From: an uncultured Gemmatimonadales bacterium
Lineage (GTDB): Bacteria > Gemmatimonadota > Gemmatimonadetes > Gemmatimonadales > JACORV01
Direction of reading: 5' to 3'
Assembly: GCA_963718005.1 (NCBI GenBank)
Contig: CAVQXV010000003.1
Span: 63,708-127,707 of the forward strand
Length of the DNA: 64,000 nucleotides
In this document: in pieces, positions 61,935 to 64,000 of the stretch
How the letters are laid out: each line of letters opens with the position of its first letter
How positions within the stretch are numbered: the stretch's first letter is position 1
Made by a program: the position numbers and the translations under genes
The notes under the pieces: generated by a model
Database searches by the model: none
What the model was told of the DNA's origin: nothing
The model's input: the letters and a program-made list of their open reading frames with translations, nothing else

Positions 61935-63125
61935 ATGAAGATCGCGCACCTGGCGGACGTGCATCTCGGCTTCCGCCAATTCCAGCGGCTCGACGCCTCC
62001 GGGGTCAACCAGCGCGAGGCCGACGTCGCCGCGGCGTTCCGGCGCGCCATCGACGCGGTGATCGACCGGCGTCCCGACGCGGTGCTGATCGCCGGCGATC
62101 TCTTCCACACCGTCCGTCCGACCAACCGGGCCATCATCGAGGCGTTCACCGGGCTCAGGCGCCTGCGCGCGGCCCTGCCCGACGCGCCGGTCGCCCTCAT
62201 CGCCGGGAACCACGACACGCCGCGCTCGGTGGAAGCGGGCTCGATCCTCAAGCTCATGGCGGCGCTCGGCGTGGACGTCGTGGACGACACGACGCGCCGG
62301 CTCCACTACCCGGCGCTCGGCCTGTCGGTGCTGGCGGTGCCGCACGCCGCGCTGTTCGACCAGCGCCGCAGCGACGAGTGGCGGCGCGACGCGCGCGCCC
62401 GCCACAACGTGCTGATGCTCCATCCCGAGATCCCGGGCCTGTTCCCGGAGGGCGTCACCGACTACGGCGGCGCGCGGGTGGACCTCGCGGAGCTGGGCGG
62501 CGGGGGCGAGGGCGCGTTCGACTACGTGGCCCTGGGGCACTACCACATCGTGCACGAGGCGGCGCCGCACATCTGGTACAGCGGCTCGCTCGAGTACACC
62601 AGCCCGAACGTCTGGGGCGAGTGGCGCGAGGAGCACCGCCGGGGCCTGACCAAGGGCTTCCTGATCGCCGATCTGGACGCGGGCACCGTGGAGCGCGTCA
62701 GCATCCCGCCGCGGCGGAGCGTGTGGGACTTCGAGTGGCTCGACGCCGACGGGATGACGGCCGAGGCGCTGGATACGGCCATCCGCGCGCGGCTGGCCGA
62801 GTTGCCGTTCCCGCTCGAGGGAGGGGTGGTGCGGCAGGTGGTGCTCAACGTGCCGCGCGCACTGGCCCAGGCGCTGGATCACGACGCGTTGCGCGCCTTC
62901 CGCGCGGCGGCGCTGCACCTGCATCTCGACCTCCGGCGCCCGGAGCCGGAGGGACGCCGGGTGGGCATCGGCGGGCCGGCCGTGCGCCAGCCGCTGCCCG
63001 ACCTGGTGGCGCAGTACCTGGCGCGCCGACCGCTGGACGCCGACCTCGAGCGCGAGCGGCTCATCCAGCTCGGCCGCGGCTACCTCGACGAGGTGGAGCG
63101 GGCGCTGCTCGAGGGTGAGGCCTGA
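61935..63125 (+). CDS. sbcD: exonuclease SbcD (Mre11-type phosphoesterase)
   Basis: MKIAHLADVHLG, LIAGDLFH, IAGNHD, GHYH motifs. Intact 396 aa. Confidence 0.8.
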   Translation: MKIAHLADVHLGFRQFQRLDASGVNQREADVAAAFRRAIDAVIDRRPDAVLIAGDLFHTVRPTNRAIIEAFTGLRRLRAALPDAPVALIAGNHDTPRSVEAGSILKLMAALGVDVVDDTTRRLHYPALGLSVLAVPHAALFDQRRSDEWRRDARARHNVLMLHPEIPGLFPEGVTDYGGARVDLAELGGGGEGAFDYVALGHYHIVHEAAPHIWYSGSLEYTSPNVWGEWREEHRRGLTKGFLIADLDAGTVERVSIPPRRSVWDFEWLDADGMTAEALDTAIRARLAELPFPLEGGVVRQVVLNVPRALAQALDHDALRAFRAAALHLHLDLRRPEPEGRRVGIGGPAVRQPLPDLVAQYLARRPLDADLERERLIQLGRGYLDEVERALLEGEA

Positions 63126-64000
63126 TGCGCCTGCACCGGCTGCGCCTCGCGAACTTCCGCCAGCACCACGAGACCGACCTGGAGTTCGGTCCGGGCCTGA
63201 CCGCGATCATCGGACCCAACGGCGCGGGGAAGAGCACGCTGCTCGAGGCCATCGCGTGGGCGATCTACGGGATGGACGCGGCGCGCGGCACCCGCGACTC
63301 GATCCGGTGGCGGCGCGCCAAGCCGCGCTCCGAGGTGCGGGTGGAGCTGGAGTTCGGCCTCGGGCCGCACGAATACCGCGTGGTGCGGACGCTGTACGGG
63401 GCGGAGCTGTACCTGGACGGCGCGCCGCAGCCGATGACCACCTCGCTGGCGGAAGTGACCGCGCGCCTGGTGCGCGTGCTGGGCATGACGCGCGACGAGT
63501 TCTTCAACACCTACTTCACCGGCCAGAAGGAGCTGGCGGTGATGGCGGCGATGAAGCCCACGGAGCGCGGCCAGTTCCTGTCGCGGCTGCTGGGCTACGA
63601 CAAGCTGCGGCTGGCGCAGGAACGGGTGCGGACCCGGCGGGCGCTGCTCAAGAGCGAGCTGGGAGCGTTGGAGGCAGGCCGCCCCGATCCGGCGGCCCTG
63701 CGTGCCGCGCGGGAGCGGGCCGCGGCGCAGCTGGCCGAAGCGGAGCGGCAGGCCGCGGCGGAGGAAGCGCGCTTCGGCTCCGCGCAGGCGGAGCGGGACC
63801 GGCACGCGCCGGCGTTCCGCGAGGTGGCCGAGCTCAGGGACCGGCACCTCGCGCTGATGGCCGAGCGGCGGGTCCACGAGGAGCGGGTGCGCCAGGCGGT
63901 GGAGCTGGCGGCGCGCCTCGCCTCCGAGCACGCGGCCGCCGCCGCGGCGGTGGCGGAGCAGGCCGGGCTCCGGACGCAGCTGGGGCCGTTCCCGGCGCTC
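63125..64000 (+). CDS. sbcC: exonuclease SbcC (Rad50-type ATPase), 5' part only, continues past the window
   Basis: Absent from the ORF track because no stop is reached. ATG at 63125 overlaps the sbcD TGA. MRLHRLRLANFRQH...IIGPNGAGKSTLLEAI Walker A, followed by a long coiled-coil Ala/Glu/Arg region. Confidence 0.8.
   Translation, partial: MRLHRLRLANFRQHHETDLEFGPGLTAIIGPNGAGKSTLLEAIAWAIYGMDAARGTRDSIRWRRAKPRSEVRVELEFGLGPHEYRVVRTLYGAELYLDGAPQPMTTSLAEVTARLVRVLGMTRDEFFNTYFTGQKELAVMAAMKPTERGQFLSRLLGYDKLRLAQERVRTRRALLKSELGALEAGRPDPAALRAARERAAAQLAEAERQAAAEEARFGSAQAERDRHAPAFREVAELRDRHLALMAERRVHEERVRQAVELAARLASEHAAAAAAVAEQAGLRTQLGPFPAL

Noticed and set aside
61935-64000. Nuclease plus SMC-like ATPase pair as a novel defence system
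   Set aside because: The motifs and order are those of classical SbcD (DVHLG, GDLFH, GNHD, GHYH) and SbcC (N-terminal Walker A followed by coiled coil) with a TGATG overlap. Nothing accessory is adjacent.

Overview
All calls come from manual reading of the sequence and the ORF track. No searches or computations were run. The window is a very GC-rich (about 70% by eye) bacterial chromosomal segment. The gene content fits a Gemmatimonadota-like organism, but that is only an inference: Ser/Thr kinase with a TPR tail, a TonB receptor with a carboxypeptidase-regulatory-like N-terminus, and many lipoproteins. Content is mostly housekeeping.

Main gene groups:
- Minus-strand lipA-pdhA-pdhB-E2-lpd-(membrane)-lipB pyruvate dehydrogenase/lipoylation operon (7-6851).
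- GT2/DUF3108/deoxyhypusine-synthase-like operon, a hybrid histidine kinase, and a TonB-dependent receptor.
- Plus-strand FmdB/PspA-like/small protein/Omp85/POT cluster.
- Sirtuin, Ser/Thr kinase, M13 and M16 peptidases, ABC-2 exporter, RmuC, and a five-gene Opp/Dpp-type peptide importer.
- gcvH-gcvPA-(MBL)-gcvPB-yhhN-P5C dehydrogenase-lplA string.
- coaE, tdk, HU, aspartate aminotransferase and sbcCD (sbcC runs off the 3' end).

I saw no rRNA, tRNA, CRISPR array, transposase, integrase or phage genes, and no recognisable defence island.

Three things stand out:
1. At least nine hairpin/tandem elements are built from short words (GTTGCGAG/GTTGCCAG, GTGAGRG, GGGTTGT). They abut stop codons, their arms co-vary between loci, and in three places they run into coding sequence (E2 linker, RmuC tail, oppD/oppF junction).
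2. Roughly 35-40 single-base frame disruptions, mostly net insertions, are spread unevenly over otherwise well-conserved genes. This looks more like consensus or assembly error than gene decay.
3. Several unusual proteins occur: a lipoprotein with six exact C-x3-C-x5-W repeats, and a DEAD-box-like protein with every catalytic motif lost but an intact DbpA RNA-binding domain. Two secreted-protein genes also share a promoter module.

Most long antisense ORFs in the track are GC-driven artefacts.
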